The notes under the pieces are model-generated. The model was not told the origin of the DNA. It ran no database searches and saw only the letters and a list, made by a program, of their open reading frames with translations. A DNA stretch of 63,744 bases, counting the filler, from Octopus bimaculoides (lineage: Eukaryota), in NCBI RefSeq assembly GCF_001194135.2. It is 7 parts of 6 records of this genome, joined end to end, with 100 filler letters (N's around TTAATTAATTAA, not from the genome) between each part and the next. Parts side by side here need not be neighbours in the genome. Positions count along the whole stretch, not along the records: positions 55,764 to 62,178 come from NC_068994.1; positions 62,279 to 63,744 come from NW_026438748.1; 5 more parts are not named here. The stretch is one strand, 5' to 3'. Made by a program: the position numbers and the translations under genes. Of the stretch, positions 61,835-63,744 are shown piece after piece (the first letter of the stretch is position 1; each line of letters starts with the position of its first letter).

Positions 61835-62157
61835 CCTTGACACCAACTGAAGCGCCCGGAGGGAGTCTGGAAGTAAACGAAAATCACAAAAGCAACAGGA
61901 AGCATTTTAAATTCGACGCCGACACTATAACCCCGGGCTATTACCCGAGCGAAAGAAGGAAAACCGTACAAGGGAGAAGCGGCAACGATCGAAAACAACA
62001 CACACACGAAGTAGAAGCTTCCGGTAACGTTCATCCACTTACAATGGAGAAGAGTGACACAACCACTGCCAGTCGTCATGAAGCCAACAGCTCTCCAGCA
62101 CTATTGATCACGACTTTGTTGCTAGTTGTCGCCCTTGGAATACATACTCTTCTGTAA
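61835..62157 (+). CDS. Terminal coding exon: polar stalk plus hydrophobic GPI-anchor-like signal
   Basis: Acceptor TTGTATTTTTCCAACAG, phase 1, in frame with 58784-59011 (G|CC = Ala). It encodes ALTPTEAPGGS…SDTTTASRHEANSSPALLITTLLLVVALGIHTLL*, with no charged cytosolic tail. Confidence 0.85.
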
Positions 62158-62685
62158 CTGTATATACATATATATATANNNNNNNNNNNNNNNNNNNNNN
62201 NNNNNNNNNNNNNNNNNNNNNNTTAATTAATTAANNNNNNNNNNNNNNNNNNNNNNNNNNNNNNNNNNNNNNNNNNNNAATTGCTAAAATATTATTTATT
62301 AATTATAATATATGACAACACCTCTGACAGCTGATTTTATAATTATCTAAAATTATCTAAAAGTAATTTACATTACTTTTAGATAATTTATAAAATGAAT
62401 CTCAACATATATTTCTAATGGGTATATCTTTACTACCTTTGAAGAGATTCATTTTATAATGATTACTGAATTGAAACAGCTGTCAGAGATGTTGTCTTAC
62501 TTTATAATGAAGGAATAATATTTCATTAATTACCTGTCCATTTTCTCTTTATTCATTAAATATATAAATATATGAACCAGGGTTTATATGTTTACCTTAT
62601 AGTTGAACTTTCTATAGATTGGTAACTAACCAGTATTTTCATTGGATTTTATTATCCCTTAATGAGGTCTATAACCTTTACCTGA

Positions 62686-62721
<36 letters not shown>

Positions 62722-63239
62722 TAGTTATTTGTTAATTAGTGTTTTTATATGCACAAAAATATTGAACATTGACATAATAAAAAAAAATCTAAATGCAAGT
62801 GTAGAACTTGATATTTCTAATAATTTTTTTTTACTGTGACTTTGAAGTTTAACAGAATACGACTTATTCATACTACTGCCGTATAGTATACAATCATTAT
62901 CAATCAAATGGTTGTATGATATATATTTTGTGTGTGCAGTTAGATGTTCGACTACAAATGTATATATGTATAAGTAAATTTTAAACATTATTCGTGTTCT
63001 CTTTTTATATTCTGTCACACATGCAACCAACCCCAGAACTGAATCTACAATTTAAATCAGATTTGGCACTTACATAACTACTATATTCAACCAATAAATA
63101 CGATTCCTTCATTATTGTTTACCTCACTGTGTTGCGAAACCTATGTTATTGTACATAACCATTTCTGGCATATATAGATATAAAAATAAAATGAAAACGC
63201 AATAGAGGGCATTAAAACGTTCGGATAGATAGACAACAC

Positions 63240-63385
63240 AAAGGCGTACATGAGAAACAACAATTAGAAGGACAGGCGAAAGAAGGACGGGTCATTCTTG
63301 GCTTTCTTTCATCAGTCAAGTCCCAGAAGTTACGACCATTTCGGACAGTTACACTTGAGATGTTTCGATCTGGTTGTCTCCGCAA
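63240..63385 (-). repeat. Second copy of the unclassified repeat at 40200-40335
   Basis: Reverse-complement alignment by eye. Confidence 0.7.
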
Positions 63386-63489
63386 AAAGTCTAAGTTAAG
63401 AGCATTAGGCCCCTTTATAAGAAAGCTAGCAAATGTGTACGGCAACAAAGACAAAAAAAAACCGGAGAACATGGTACACAATTACTACT

Positions 63490-63720
63490 CACTTCAAACC
63501 ATTTTAAACTAGTGACAGACATTTTTTCCCATTCATTTCAGTTTTCAGCAAGGTCTTCCCAATGGCTTGAAAATATACTGAAGCTTAGCCTTGTTATTTA
63601 AGAGGGGATAGCCTACAAGGTATTTATTTTTCCAAAGCTGACCATAGAACAGTTGTTTGAGGAGCCTATCACCTTTCATCTGAACCAACTTCATTTTGCC
63701 CCTTAATCCTGCAAATATCA
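63490..63720 (-). mobile_element. RTE-clade LINE 3' coding fragment
   Basis: Minus strand reads MKGDRLLKQLFYGQL…(frameshift)…WEDLAEN, matching the RTE pattern M.D.RLPKQLFYGEL…WE.LA.DR..W. Confidence 0.7.
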
Positions 63721-63744
63721 TATATGTGTGTGTGTGTGTGTGTA

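Overview
AT-rich, repeat-dense animal genomic DNA from a draft assembly with many N gaps. The SINE families and microsatellite load suggest an octopus, but that is inferred from recalled repeat sequences, not from a search. Most of the window is tRNA-derived SINEs, fragments of LINEs (R4/Dong-like, L1/Tx1-like, RTE) and Penelope-like elements, mariner/pogo and Helitron remnants, MITEs and microsatellites. Almost all ORFs in the supplied track are artefacts of microsatellites or N runs. The one well-supported host gene is on the + strand. A 228-nt phase-1/phase-1 exon (58784-59011) encodes an ADEL/DUF3011-like lectin domain. It splices in frame to a terminal exon (61835-62157) encoding a polar stalk and a hydrophobic C-terminus typical of a GPI-anchor signal. 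A candidate upstream exon lies at 50466-50515. Other points of interest are a Naiad-like Penelope element with very long Asn/Ser/Thr linkers and a Dong-like LINE nested in its (AAT)n tract, a hammerhead-like motif with a non-canonical core, a LINE family with a (CATA)n tail, a possible Polinton-type PolB remnant, a tandem RFX X-box pair, and six artificial 100-bp scaffold linkers. No rRNA, true tRNA or CRISPR array was found.
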